Origin: an uncultured Catenibacillus sp.
GTDB taxonomy: Bacteria; Bacillota; Clostridia; Lachnospirales; Lachnospiraceae
Length of the DNA stretch: 64,000 nucleotides
Reading direction: 5' to 3'
NCBI GenBank assembly: GCA_934339005.1
Contig: CAKRHR010000002.1
Coordinates: 41,675 to 105,674, forward strand
Position 1 is the stretch's first letter. Each line of letters starts with the position of its first letter. Under the pieces are notes generated by a model. It made no database searches and was not told the DNA's origin. It was given only the letters and a program-made list of their open reading frames with translations. The position numbers and the translations under genes were made by a program. Below, piece after piece: positions 1 through 8,892 of the stretch.

Positions 1-2
1 CT

Positions 3-572
3 TATCTGATGGCAACTTATCCGGAATATCAAATCAACTTGAAGCTGATGGATTTATTTGCAGGCAAACAGCATTTGATGGATGGTAAGATTGACATTTT
101 GCTATCAAATATTCATGAGCAGGATGATTTGACTGAATACAGAGTGCTGTCCTACAAAAAATTCGAGGCTAATGTGGTTGTGTCACTCAGACATCCATGG
201 GCGGTGAAGGACACAATTACTGTTTCAGATATGCAAAAAGAAGTTTTCTTAAAAATGGATGAGGGTGAATCTGTCTATAATGTGCCGGAAAGACAGATTT
301 TTTACAATCATATTCCGTGCCGTGAGGTTGTGCGTGTTGCCAATTTTGATACATTGTGTGCACTATTGCAGCAGGGCGAAGCCTTTGCCATTTTCCCGAT
401 GTTTTTCTCCAATATGAATCAGGCAAAATTTAAAGGATTTACCTATCCTGGACAGCCGTTTTATTTTCATGCGGCAATGGTATACAATCCAAACAATCCG
501 CTGGAGGGTTTGGGTAAAATTATGGAAGACTTGCAAGAAGAATTTGAACTTAAAGCATTGGAATTGGGTTAG
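3..572 (+). CDS. LysR-family transcriptional regulator, C-terminal effector-binding domain (5' end cut by window edge)
   Basis: The reading frame of the 9..572 ORF stays open to the window edge. The pattern (..GKIDILLSN.., ..VVVSLRHPWA.., ..LLQQGEAFAIFP..) is typical of the LysR substrate-binding fold. No HTH is present, so the N-terminus lies upstream. Confidence 0.55.
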   Translation, partial: YLMATYPEYQINLKLMDLFAGKQHLMDGKIDILLSNIHEQDDLTEYRVLSYKKFEANVVVSLRHPWAVKDTITVSDMQKEVFLKMDEGESVYNVPERQIFYNHIPCREVVRVANFDTLCALLQQGEAFAIFPMFFSNMNQAKFKGFTYPGQPFYFHAAMVYNPNNPLEGLGKIMEDLQEEFELKALELG

Positions 573-618
573 CTTAAAGTATTGGACCAAGGTGGCTTAA
601 AACACTGGAATCGGGTTA
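549..618. repeat. Three tandem imperfect 23-24 nt direct repeats (CTTAAAGCATTGGAATTGGGTTAG / CTTAAAGTATTGGACCAAGGTGG / CTTAAAACACTGGAATCGGGTTA) spanning the stop codon of the LysR-like gene
   Basis: Read directly from the sequence. By hand alignment, repeat 1 vs repeat 3 is 20/23 identical and repeat 1 vs repeat 2 is about 16/23. Confidence 0.8.
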
Positions 619-768
619 AATATAGTAAGCGCATAAATTAATGCATATATTATTACATACATACAACCGTAAGTTGTAACTATGCCAGATATAAACTGTT
701 TCTCAAAATCCATAAAATATGGTATTTTTTAAGTAATTTAAAAGAAATACCGAGGAGATAGGTTTAAG

Positions 769-1773
769 ATGGAGGTTGATAGTATGCAGACACCAAAAGA
801 AGCATTACTTGCATTATTGCGCGGCGAAAAAGCAGATTTTATTCCGGAAGTTTATTCAACAATGAAGGATGTTGTATTTCCTGGGGACAGATTTATTGAA
901 CTTGGACCAAATTTTGATCCATATGGTACAGGTCCGGATGCATGGGGTGTGCTCTGGACAAATCAGGGACCTAATCCGGTTGTAGATGGCAACACAGTGG
1001 CAGCTAATTTCAGATTATTTGAAGATTTGGAAGACTGGAGGGACCATGTCAAATTCCCACCGCTTGATTTTATGCCAATCGAAGACATTTTTAAGGGCAT
1101 GTGTGCGGGAATGCATGTGAATCCTGAAACAGATGTCGTTTCCTGCCTGATTCTTTCAGGACAGTTTGAACGTTTAAATCAGATGATTGGCATGGAAAAT
1201 GCATTATGTTCATTTTATGAATATCCGGATGAACTGCATGAATTTTTTGATGCCATGCTTGAATACAAATTAAAATGTATCGATTTGGCGCACAAGTATT
1301 TGAACCCTGATGTCATTCATATGCACGATGACTGGGGCACAAATGACAATATGTTCTTCTCGCCTGAATTGTGGAGAGAGTACATTAAACCAAACGAAGA
1401 AAAAATTACACAGCATATCCACGAACTGGGAATGCTGTACATTCATCATTCTTGTGGTTACATCAAACAGATTATTCCAGACCTTGTTGAAATCGGTGTG
1501 GATGCCATCGAACCAATGATGCCACAAAACGATTTGGATGAGCAGCTTGAAAAATATGGAGATAAGATGACATTTATGGGCGGCATCGATAACCGCCTGA
1601 TTGACCGCGAAGAATCCACACCGGAAGAAATCGTAGCCGAAGTCAGACGCGCCATGGACGCCTTCGCCCACAAAGGCCGCTACATCCCATACTATATCCC
1701 AAGCATGGAAAAGAAATGGTTTATCTACATGGACGCCGTCAGAGAATACGGCCAGACAATTTTTCAGAAATAA
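769..1773 (+). CDS. Uroporphyrinogen decarboxylase (URO-D) family protein, MtaA/CmuA-like methyltransferase type
   Basis: 334-aa ORF with an AGGAGA RBS 10 nt upstream. Has URO-D-family blocks (..HMHDDWGTNDNMFFSP..; ..HHSCGYIKQIIPDLVEIGVDAIEP..). Confidence 0.7.
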   Translation: MEVDSMQTPKEALLALLRGEKADFIPEVYSTMKDVVFPGDRFIELGPNFDPYGTGPDAWGVLWTNQGPNPVVDGNTVAANFRLFEDLEDWRDHVKFPPLDFMPIEDIFKGMCAGMHVNPETDVVSCLILSGQFERLNQMIGMENALCSFYEYPDELHEFFDAMLEYKLKCIDLAHKYLNPDVIHMHDDWGTNDNMFFSPELWREYIKPNEEKITQHIHELGMLYIHHSCGYIKQIIPDLVEIGVDAIEPMMPQNDLDEQLEKYGDKMTFMGGIDNRLIDREESTPEEIVAEVRRAMDAFAHKGRYIPYYIPSMEKKWFIYMDAVREYGQTIFQK

Positions 1774-1787
1774 AAAATGATTGCAAA

Positions 1788-1826
1788 CCCGCCCGTCAAT
1801 CGGAAACGATAGACGGGCGGGTTTTC
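1788..1826 (+). terminator. Rho-independent terminator after the URO-D-family gene
   Basis: Perfect 10-bp GC-rich stem CCCGCCCGTC / GACGGGCGGG with a 14-nt loop, followed by TTTT. Confidence 0.85.
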
Positions 1827-1965
1827 GCATGTTATAATATAAACTATAGAAAATCAAGAAAATTTCTGTCATACAGCCAAACATTTGCATATGTAAACGC
1901 AGTATATAACACAATATCTAAGCTGTATAGCAGAATTATGAATAGTCAAAACAGAGGTGTATATC

Positions 1966-3189
1966 ATGGATATTTTAAAACGTTTTGAGCGTTACGTTAC
2001 TATTGAAACAACTTCAGATGAGGCATCAGACACAGCGCCATCTACGGCGATTCAGTTGAATCTGGCGCGTGTGCTTGAACAGGAATTAAAAGAGATTGGT
2101 GTGCCAAAGGTCATGCTGGATGAATATGGTATTGTGTATGGATGGCTTCCTGCCAGTGAGGGTCTTGAAAAGTGTCCGCCAATCGGTTTTATCGCACATA
2201 TGGACACAGCACCGGCCGCTTCCGGTAAGGATGTTAAGATTTGTTACCACGAGAATTACGATGGCAAAGATGTCAGGTTAAATGACGAACTGACTTTATC
2301 CGTAAAGATGTTTCCGCACCTTTCAAAGCTTGCAGGCCGTACATTGCTGACAACAGACGGTCATACATTGCTTGGTGCGGACGATAAAGCTGGGATCACA
2401 GAGATTATGACAGCCATTGAGCGTGTGATTTCCGAAGAAAAACCACATGGTCCAATTTGTATTGCATTTACACCGGATGAAGAAATCGGCCGCGGTGCGG
2501 ATAATTTTAACGTGGATTTGTTTGGTGCTGATTATGCTTATACTGTTGATGGCGGCCCTGAAAATGATCTGGCATGGGAAACATTTAATGCTGCTTCTGC
2601 ACAGATTAAAGTACATGGTGTGTCTGTACATCCGGGCGAGGCTACAGATGTCATGGTCAATGCTGTCCTTGTGGCTTTTGAATTTAACCAGATGCTTCCG
2701 GCGAATGAAACACCAAGATATACGAAAGATTATGAAGGCTTTTATCATTTAGACCAGATGAACGGTGATGTGGCAGAGGCTTCCATGGACTATATTATCC
2801 GTGACCATGACAGAGAAATCTTTGAACAGCGTAAAATAAAAATGCAGGAAATTGCAGATGCGTTGAATGCAAAATACGGTGAAGGCACAGTTGAAATTTG
2901 TATCAAAGATTCCTATTACAATATGAAAGAAATCCTCGTACACCATATGCATTTGGTGGATAATGCCAAAGAAGCGATGCGTCAGGTGGGGATAACTGCT
3001 GATGTTTTGCCGGTGCGTGGAGGTACGGATGGTTCAAGACTTTCATTTATGGGTCTGCCTTGCCCGAACCTTGGTACAGGTGGCTATGCTTATCACGGAC
3101 CATACGAACACATTACAAAAGAAGGTATGGAAACAGCAACTAAAGTGATTGAAAAAATCATTGAATTGTACGCAAAGGGTGAAAATTAA
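1966..3189 (+). CDS. pepT: Peptidase T (tripeptide aminopeptidase, M20B family)
   Basis: Full-length match to the PepT pattern (MDILKRFERYV.IETTSDE.., HMDTAP, TLLGADDKAGI, FTPDEEIGRGA, RGGTDGS, GLPCPNLGTGG). ATG 1966 is preferred over the in-frame GTG 1957 because AGAGG sits just upstream. Confidence 0.9.
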   Translation: MDILKRFERYVTIETTSDEASDTAPSTAIQLNLARVLEQELKEIGVPKVMLDEYGIVYGWLPASEGLEKCPPIGFIAHMDTAPAASGKDVKICYHENYDGKDVRLNDELTLSVKMFPHLSKLAGRTLLTTDGHTLLGADDKAGITEIMTAIERVISEEKPHGPICIAFTPDEEIGRGADNFNVDLFGADYAYTVDGGPENDLAWETFNAASAQIKVHGVSVHPGEATDVMVNAVLVAFEFNQMLPANETPRYTKDYEGFYHLDQMNGDVAEASMDYIIRDHDREIFEQRKIKMQEIADALNAKYGEGTVEICIKDSYYNMKEILVHHMHLVDNAKEAMRQVGITADVLPVRGGTDGSRLSFMGLPCPNLGTGGYAYHGPYEHITKEGMETATKVIEKIIELYAKGEN

Positions 3190-5589
3190 ATGTATGGAGT
3201 GCCGCAGACCGGCATGGGTATCAGACTTTTAAAAGGTCAGGGCGAAAATGAACATTATCACAGTGATGTGGAGTTGATTTTTGTTATTGATGGGGAGGCA
3301 AGCGTGTGGCTGAAGCATCAGCAACAGAAAATGCAGCGGGAAGATGTGCTTGTGATTAATTCGGGTGTAATGCATACATTGGAATGCTCGGAAGATGCGA
3401 TAATTTTTCAGATTTTTTATTCAACACGAAAGATGCTTGGCCTTTTGAATGAGAAAAATGTCGTATTTGCCTGCAACAGCGTGACGGACAAACTGCATAC
3501 TTACAGTGAATTAAGAAATATGCTCAGAGATACGGTGTATATTTATGTCAATGGTACACATTCCACACAGTGTCTTGAGCAGAGCAAGCTGCTTCAGGTG
3601 TTAGATTGCCTTTTTGAAAATTATAGAATCGATATGTCGATTGAACATATTCAGATATCAGATGATATACGGCTTCAGAAAATTTTTCAATATGTGAATA
3701 CGAATTATCAAAACAGTTTTAATCTCAAAGATTTGGCGGAAGCGATGTACGTGTCTACATCGACACTGTCCAGATTTTTTAAGAAAATGACAGGCTATTA
3801 TTTTGGTGATTATGTGACAAATGTGCGCTTAAAGCATGCTGTCAGTGATTTGTTAAACACAGACAAAAATATGACACGTATTTCGGTAGACTGTGGTTTT
3901 TCAAATCCTTCGGTGTTTAATAAAACTTTTAAAAATACTTATGGTATGACACCGTCAGAATATCGTGTAGCCAATCGTGAGCAGGTAGCAATGCAGAATC
4001 AGGCACAGGAGAAAATGCGACTTTTTCTGCGCAGCAGACTGGAATATCCTGAGCGTATGGGTGAGAAAATTCCTCATTTCGGTACAATCAAACAGATTGT
4101 GGATATGTCAGTGCAGATACCGTACCAGCCAATTATTGGACAGGCGATGAATATGGGTTCGGCAAGTCATTTGCTTAACGCCAACATGCAGTACCACACG
4201 ATTTATCTGCACGACATGCTGAAATTTAAATATGGTCGAATCTGGAGTCTGTTTTCCACAAAATTACATATGTGCGATGGCGGCGAGAATCATTATTATA
4301 ATTACGATGATGTAGACAGTTTGTTTGATTTTCTTATCAAAAATCATATCAGACCATTTTTGGATTTGGGAAAACGGCCTGCAACTGCAGTGGGCAGCGC
4401 CAATCAGTCAGTCTATTATGAGGAGGATAATATTCATTTTACTTCAAAAAAAGCATGGGAAGATTTCTTTGAAGATTTTATCTGCCATCTTGTGAACCGA
4501 TATGGCAGGGATGAAGTTGGTACATGGATTTTTGAAGTGTCCTGTGACAGCACCCATGGGGAAAAATGTCATTATTATTCGGATGTGCAGTATGATTTTT
4601 GCGAAGTCTATCATTTTATATGGTGTGTGATTAAGAAAAATGTGCCGCAGGCATGTGTATGCGGCATTGGCGCGATTACAGATATTGATTATGAGCAGAC
4701 GCTGCAATTCTTTAAATATTGCAGGGAAAATCAATGTGTACCGGAAATGGCAACTTTTTTGTGCTTTCCATATGTGAATATGAATAAGGAAAATGTTCAT
4801 TATTATAATTATTCAGAAAATGCATACTTTGAACGTGAAGAAATTCAGAAAATGCACGGTATTTTAAAGGCTGCAGGGCTGGATGAAGTGCCAATATGTA
4901 TTTCTGAATGGAATTGTTCGATTGTCAGCCGAAATTATATTAATGACAGTTGTTTCCGGGCGGCATATATTGTCAGAAAAACGATGGAGATGGACGCGCA
5001 AGTCAAAATGGTGGTGCCGTGGATGCTGTCAGACTGGATGAGCAGTTATTATGATACGTCCAGACTGGCAAATGGCGGATCTGGCTTTGTGACAAAGGAT
5101 ACGATATGCAAACCGGCTTGCTATGCACTGCAATTTCTAAATCAGCTTGGCGGTTACGTCATTGCAAAAAATGATTATTTTATTGTGACACGCAAAAAGC
5201 CGGAGGATTATTATATTTTGTGCAACCATTTTAAATGGTTTGGTATGCATTATTTTATGCATGGCGAAAATACGACCTCACCGGAGGAGGTTCAGGGCAT
5301 TTATATTGATGACAAAGAACTTGAGATAGAGTTGTTATTGACAGGTCTGACAGAGGGTGAAAATTATGTTATTAAGCGTCGACAGGTCAATCGCCATGCC
5401 GGAAGTTTCCTGGATATGTGGAAGCAATTTGGTTATGATGCCGGGCTTCTGCCATCAGATATTGCATATATTCGGGAGAGCAGTATTCCAAATCTGAGTA
5501 TGCAAAGACAAAAATGTGAGCATGGTACGCTTGAAGTGCGTTTGATACTTGAACCGCAGGAGATTACTTTATTGCATATTTATAAATAA
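3190..5589 (+). CDS. AraC-family transcriptional regulator (cupin + HTH) fused to a roughly 500-aa GH39-like (clan GH-A) domain
   Basis: N-terminal cupin (HYHSDVELIFVIDGEA). AraC HTH pair (LKDLAEAMYVSTSTLSRFFKK..; ..CGFSNPSVFNKTFKNTYGMTPSEYR). The C-terminal TIM-barrel-like region carries ..WIFEVSCDS.. and ..ICISEWN... The ATG directly abuts the pepT TAA. Confidence 0.75.
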   Translation: MYGVPQTGMGIRLLKGQGENEHYHSDVELIFVIDGEASVWLKHQQQKMQREDVLVINSGVMHTLECSEDAIIFQIFYSTRKMLGLLNEKNVVFACNSVTDKLHTYSELRNMLRDTVYIYVNGTHSTQCLEQSKLLQVLDCLFENYRIDMSIEHIQISDDIRLQKIFQYVNTNYQNSFNLKDLAEAMYVSTSTLSRFFKKMTGYYFGDYVTNVRLKHAVSDLLNTDKNMTRISVDCGFSNPSVFNKTFKNTYGMTPSEYRVANREQVAMQNQAQEKMRLFLRSRLEYPERMGEKIPHFGTIKQIVDMSVQIPYQPIIGQAMNMGSASHLLNANMQYHTIYLHDMLKFKYGRIWSLFSTKLHMCDGGENHYYNYDDVDSLFDFLIKNHIRPFLDLGKRPATAVGSANQSVYYEEDNIHFTSKKAWEDFFEDFICHLVNRYGRDEVGTWIFEVSCDSTHGEKCHYYSDVQYDFCEVYHFIWCVIKKNVPQACVCGIGAITDIDYEQTLQFFKYCRENQCVPEMATFLCFPYVNMNKENVHYYNYSENAYFEREEIQKMHGILKAAGLDEVPICISEWNCSIVSRNYINDSCFRAAYIVRKTMEMDAQVKMVVPWMLSDWMSSYYDTSRLANGGSGFVTKDTICKPACYALQFLNQLGGYVIAKNDYFIVTRKKPEDYYILCNHFKWFGMHYFMHGENTTSPEEVQGIYIDDKELEIELLLTGLTEGENYVIKRRQVNRHAGSFLDMWKQFGYDAGLLPSDIAYIRESSIPNLSMQRQKCEHGTLEVRLILEPQEITLLHIYK

Positions 5590-5829
5590 TAAAGCCGTCT
5601 GATGATGTCTGTGGCGGAAAGTGTTTAATAAATGAATATATGCAACAAATATATGATAGTTGTTGCGATGACGGGTTTGTAAATGAAAATGCGCAATAAA
5701 AGACAATGAAAACAAAAGAAAAAAGTGGTTGCAGGGGAAATAAATAACTATAATAATGTACGATAATGATATTTTATGAGTTGAGGTCAAAAATATTAAT
5801 TTTTATGATATGAATGGAGGATTTTACAA

Positions 5830-6834
5830 ATGGCAAAGAAAGTATTAGGTATTTCTTTTGGACGTAAGATGAGCAATTGTGACGTTATGGTTAAACATGC
5901 TCTGATGAAATGTGAAGAAGAAGGTTGTGAAGTTGCATTTATCCGTGCAGATGATTTGGAAATTAACAACTGTACAGGTTGTATCGCATGTGTTATCGGT
6001 ATGATGAGCGGACGTGGTCGTGGTTATTGTGTAAAACATGATGATTTTGATATTCTGGACGAATGTGTTATGCAGTCAGATGCAGTGATTATTGCCTGTC
6101 CTACATATGAAACATCCGTTACAGGACGTTTCAAGACAATCTGTGACAGAATCGGACCTAGCCATGATATTACATTCCGTAAAGCTGCTTACGAAGAAGG
6201 TGTGGCAGCAGGCAAAGAAGAAGCTAATCTGCCGGATGCACGTTCATTTAAGAAACGTACAGGCGCTTTGATTTCTGTTGGTGGTGCGATGACAGAAAAC
6301 TGGATTGCACTGACAATGCCAATGATGTATGAATTTACATTCCCACTTGCAATTGATGTTGTGGATACAGTTGAATACTACGGTGCTATGGCACATGAAT
6401 CCGTACTTGGAAATCCTGAAATGATGGAACGTATGACAAAAGTTGGTGAAAATATTGTTGCTTCTTTAAATGCTGAAACAGAAGAAGAACGTATCGCATG
6501 GAGAGGCGAAGAAGAAGGTTGCTGTCCAATCTGCCATACTCGTCTGCTTCAGGTTTCACATGATAAAAAATCAGTGGATTGTGTTGTTTGCGGCAGCCAC
6601 GGTACATTTAGCATTGATGCAGGCGGTTGCCTCCAGGTAGATTACACACCGGAAGAACTTGACCGTTCACGTCTGCGCTGGGGTGGTAAGCTGGAGCATT
6701 CTACAGAAATCAAGACACAGGCTCAGCCATCTGGTACAATCAAGAATCTTAAAGAGTTAAAAGCACCTTATGCAGCTTTTGACCGTCCACCATTTGCAAC
6801 AGATGAAAAGGCATTTGGCAATGTGGTAAAATAA
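5830..6834 (+). CDS. Flavodoxin-fold NAD(P)H-dependent FMN reductase / iron-sulfur-flavoprotein-like protein with a C-terminal zinc-ribbon extension
   Basis: GGAGG RBS. The N-terminus (KVLGISFGRK..) is typical of the FMN_red/flavodoxin fold. Compact Cys motif CTGCIAC...C. C-terminal CPIC..(21 aa)..CVVC ribbon. Confidence 0.6.
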   Translation: MAKKVLGISFGRKMSNCDVMVKHALMKCEEEGCEVAFIRADDLEINNCTGCIACVIGMMSGRGRGYCVKHDDFDILDECVMQSDAVIIACPTYETSVTGRFKTICDRIGPSHDITFRKAAYEEGVAAGKEEANLPDARSFKKRTGALISVGGAMTENWIALTMPMMYEFTFPLAIDVVDTVEYYGAMAHESVLGNPEMMERMTKVGENIVASLNAETEEERIAWRGEEEGCCPICHTRLLQVSHDKKSVDCVVCGSHGTFSIDAGGCLQVDYTPEELDRSRLRWGGKLEHSTEIKTQAQPSGTIKNLKELKAPYAAFDRPPFATDEKAFGNVVK

Positions 6835-6903
6835 ATATAGAAAGATGTTATAAGTGGCTTTGGAGTGGTACTGCTCATGTAAGTTTGAAAAACATTAAAT
6901 AAA

Positions 6904-6943
6904 GATGCCTGCACAGTCGGAAAGGATTGTGTGGGCATTTTTG
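6904..6943 (+). terminator. Probable intrinsic terminator after the flavoprotein gene
   Basis: Imperfect hairpin GATGCCTGCACA..TGTGTGGGCAT followed by TTTTT. Confidence 0.45.
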
Positions 6944-7134
6944 AGTTGTTCTCACTGCAATTGAAAATTTGATAATTTTTGATAATTGAAATTTCCAGGC
7001 GTTTTTCGTATAATAACAATCGTGTGCTTTTGTGAGGAAATATTTTGAATGATTTTATATTTTTATTGCGGAGGCAATGAAAGTAAATCATTCAAATGAA
7101 CATTTTATGATAAAATAAAAGGAGATTGGTAAAT

Positions 7135-8031
7135 ATGGATGAGAAATCTGTAGATAAAAAAACTGTGGATAGAAAATCTGTACTTCATCATATAATGTCA
7201 GTATTATGTGTACTTGCAGGAAATGCGTTATACGCACTGACAGTTAAGTTGTTTTTGCTTCCATCAGATGTTATTGTTGGTGGAACAACAGGTATATCAC
7301 TGTTTGTTGAACACACTTTTGGTATATCTATATCCCTGTTCATTCTTATTTTTAACATTATTATGCTGCTTGTTGGATTGATGATCCTTGGAAAAAAATT
7401 TGCATTAACGACGATTATCAGTTCATTTGCATATCCGGTTTTTCTTGAATTATTTAATCGTTGCTTTGGAGATTTAGTACTGACGACAGACCCGTTTTTA
7501 GGGACATTATTTTCTGGCCTTGGCATCGGCATTGCTCTTGGAGTTGTGATTCGAAGCGGTGCTTCCACAGGTGGCATGGATATTCCGCCACTTGTATTAA
7601 ATCGTTTTTTCAAAATTCCGGTATCAGTGAGTTTGTATGTATTTGATTTTTGTATTCTGATTTTACAGTTTTCATTTACACCAATCGACAAAATTCTCTA
7701 TGGTATTGTATTGACACTGATTTACACAGTTGTACTTGATAAAATATTACTGAAAGGTACTTCTAAGACAGAGGTTAAAGTCATCAGTCAGAAAACCGAA
7801 GAAATCCGCAGTGCCATTCTGTCACAGCTTGACAGAGGCGTGACGATTCTTTATGGTGAAGGTGGATACCTTCAGCAAAAATCACAGATTCTGATGAGTG
7901 TAGTGTCCAACAGAGAGGTTGTTCAGATTGAACGCCTGATTCATCGGATTGATCCGGAATGCTTTATGGTTGTCAGCAGAGTCAGCGAAGTGTCAGGACG
8001 GGGATTTTCAATGAAGAAGAAGTATAGATAA
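7135..8031 (+). CDS. YitT-family membrane protein (DUF2179 C-terminal domain)
   Basis: Five or six predicted TM helices, then a soluble C-terminal domain (..VTILYGEGGY..MSVVSNREV..IERLIHRIDPECFMVVS.V.EV.GRGF). ATG 7135 is preferred over TTG 7126 because GGAG lies 10 nt upstream. Confidence 0.75.
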   Translation: MDEKSVDKKTVDRKSVLHHIMSVLCVLAGNALYALTVKLFLLPSDVIVGGTTGISLFVEHTFGISISLFILIFNIIMLLVGLMILGKKFALTTIISSFAYPVFLELFNRCFGDLVLTTDPFLGTLFSGLGIGIALGVVIRSGASTGGMDIPPLVLNRFFKIPVSVSLYVFDFCILILQFSFTPIDKILYGIVLTLIYTVVLDKILLKGTSKTEVKVISQKTEEIRSAILSQLDRGVTILYGEGGYLQQKSQILMSVVSNREVVQIERLIHRIDPECFMVVSRVSEVSGRGFSMKKKYR

Positions 8032-8182
8032 AATATTTGGCTATAAATAAACCAATCCTTTTGCTACTTATATCATAAGATGATATTTAAATAGTTGGTG
8101 AAGGTCGAATTTTGCAGAAAAATATCGATTTTTTAATGTCGAAATGTGTCGTTAGAATGTGTGTATTTTTGCACGAATTCTC

Positions 8183-8210
8183 TTGAAAAAGAAAAAATAA
8201 AAAGTATAAT
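8183..8210 (+). promoter_or_regulatory. Sigma-A-type promoter candidate (TTGAAA-16 nt-TATAAT) for the DUF951-rpsF-ssb-rpsR cluster
   Basis: -35 TTGAAA at 8183-8188 and consensus -10 TATAAT at 8205-8210, 28 nt upstream of the DUF951 start. Confidence 0.5.
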
Positions 8211-8237
8211 TAAATCATCAGACAGGAGGAATGGCAG

Positions 8238-8423
8238 ATGGATATCAAAACAGGTCAGATTTTGAAACTTAAAAAGAAGCACCCGTGTGGCAGTTTTGAA
8301 TGGGAAGTTCTGCGCATCGGTGCAGATTTTCGACTGAAGTGTCTGGGTTGCGGGCATCAGGTGATGCTGCCAAGAACTCAGGTCGAGAAAAGTATTAAGA
8401 GCATCCGAACACCAGAGTCATAA
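8238..8423 (+). CDS. DUF951-family small protein (zinc-ribbon-like)
   Basis: 61 aa with an AGGAGG RBS 8 nt upstream. Sequence LKLKKKHPCGS..W.VLR.GADF.LKC.GCGH. Synteny directly upstream of rpsF-ssb-rpsR is conserved in Firmicutes. Confidence 0.75.
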   Translation: MDIKTGQILKLKKKHPCGSFEWEVLRIGADFRLKCLGCGHQVMLPRTQVEKSIKSIRTPES

Positions 8424-8580
8424 CATCAGGTTAGGGACAGAGTATCTTTCAGAATTTCGTAAAAAAGTCCTTGATTTTATACAAAAGATATGATATTGTA
8501 GTTAAATGTGGGATTTAGTGATACCACAGATAAATCCTTGCTCTGAAAAGGGCCATAAAGACCATAAGGAGGTGCAGCAC

Positions 8581-8871
8581 ATGCATAAGTACGAATTGAC
8601 CGTTGTAGTTAACGGCAAAGCTGAAGATGAAGTGAGAACTGCAACAATCGAAAAAGTTAAAGAACAGATTGCTCGTTTTAACGGCACTGTAACAAACGTT
8701 GATGATTGGGGTAAGAGAAGACTTGCTTACGAAATTCAGAAAATGAAAGAAGCATACTACTACTTCGTTACTTTCGAATCAGAAGATTCAAATTGTCCGA
8801 ATGAAGTAGAAAGCCGTGTTCGTATCATGGATAATGTTATCAGATATCTGTGTGTTAGACTTGATGCTTAA
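8581..8871 (+). CDS. rpsF: 30S ribosomal protein S6
   Basis: MHKYELTVVV... has the S6 pattern. AAGGAGG RBS at 8566-8572. The longer 8506 ORF start is an upstream in-frame extension with no RBS. Confidence 0.93.
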   Translation: MHKYELTVVVNGKAEDEVRTATIEKVKEQIARFNGTVTNVDDWGKRRLAYEIQKMKEAYYYFVTFESEDSNCPNEVESRVRIMDNVIRYLCVRLDA

Positions 8872-8892
8872 TTAGAGAGGAAGGTCTAAATT

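Noticed and set aside
1270-1914. 214-aa antisense ORF overlapping the URO-D-family gene and its terminator.
   Set aside because: It lies opposite a well-supported gene. It has no RBS and no recognisable family, and it runs through the terminator hairpin. This is typical shadow-ORF composition.
7188-7691. 167-aa antisense ORF inside the YitT-like gene.
   Set aside because: It is a shadow ORF of a membrane-protein gene. The translation is low-complexity, and there is no RBS or motif.
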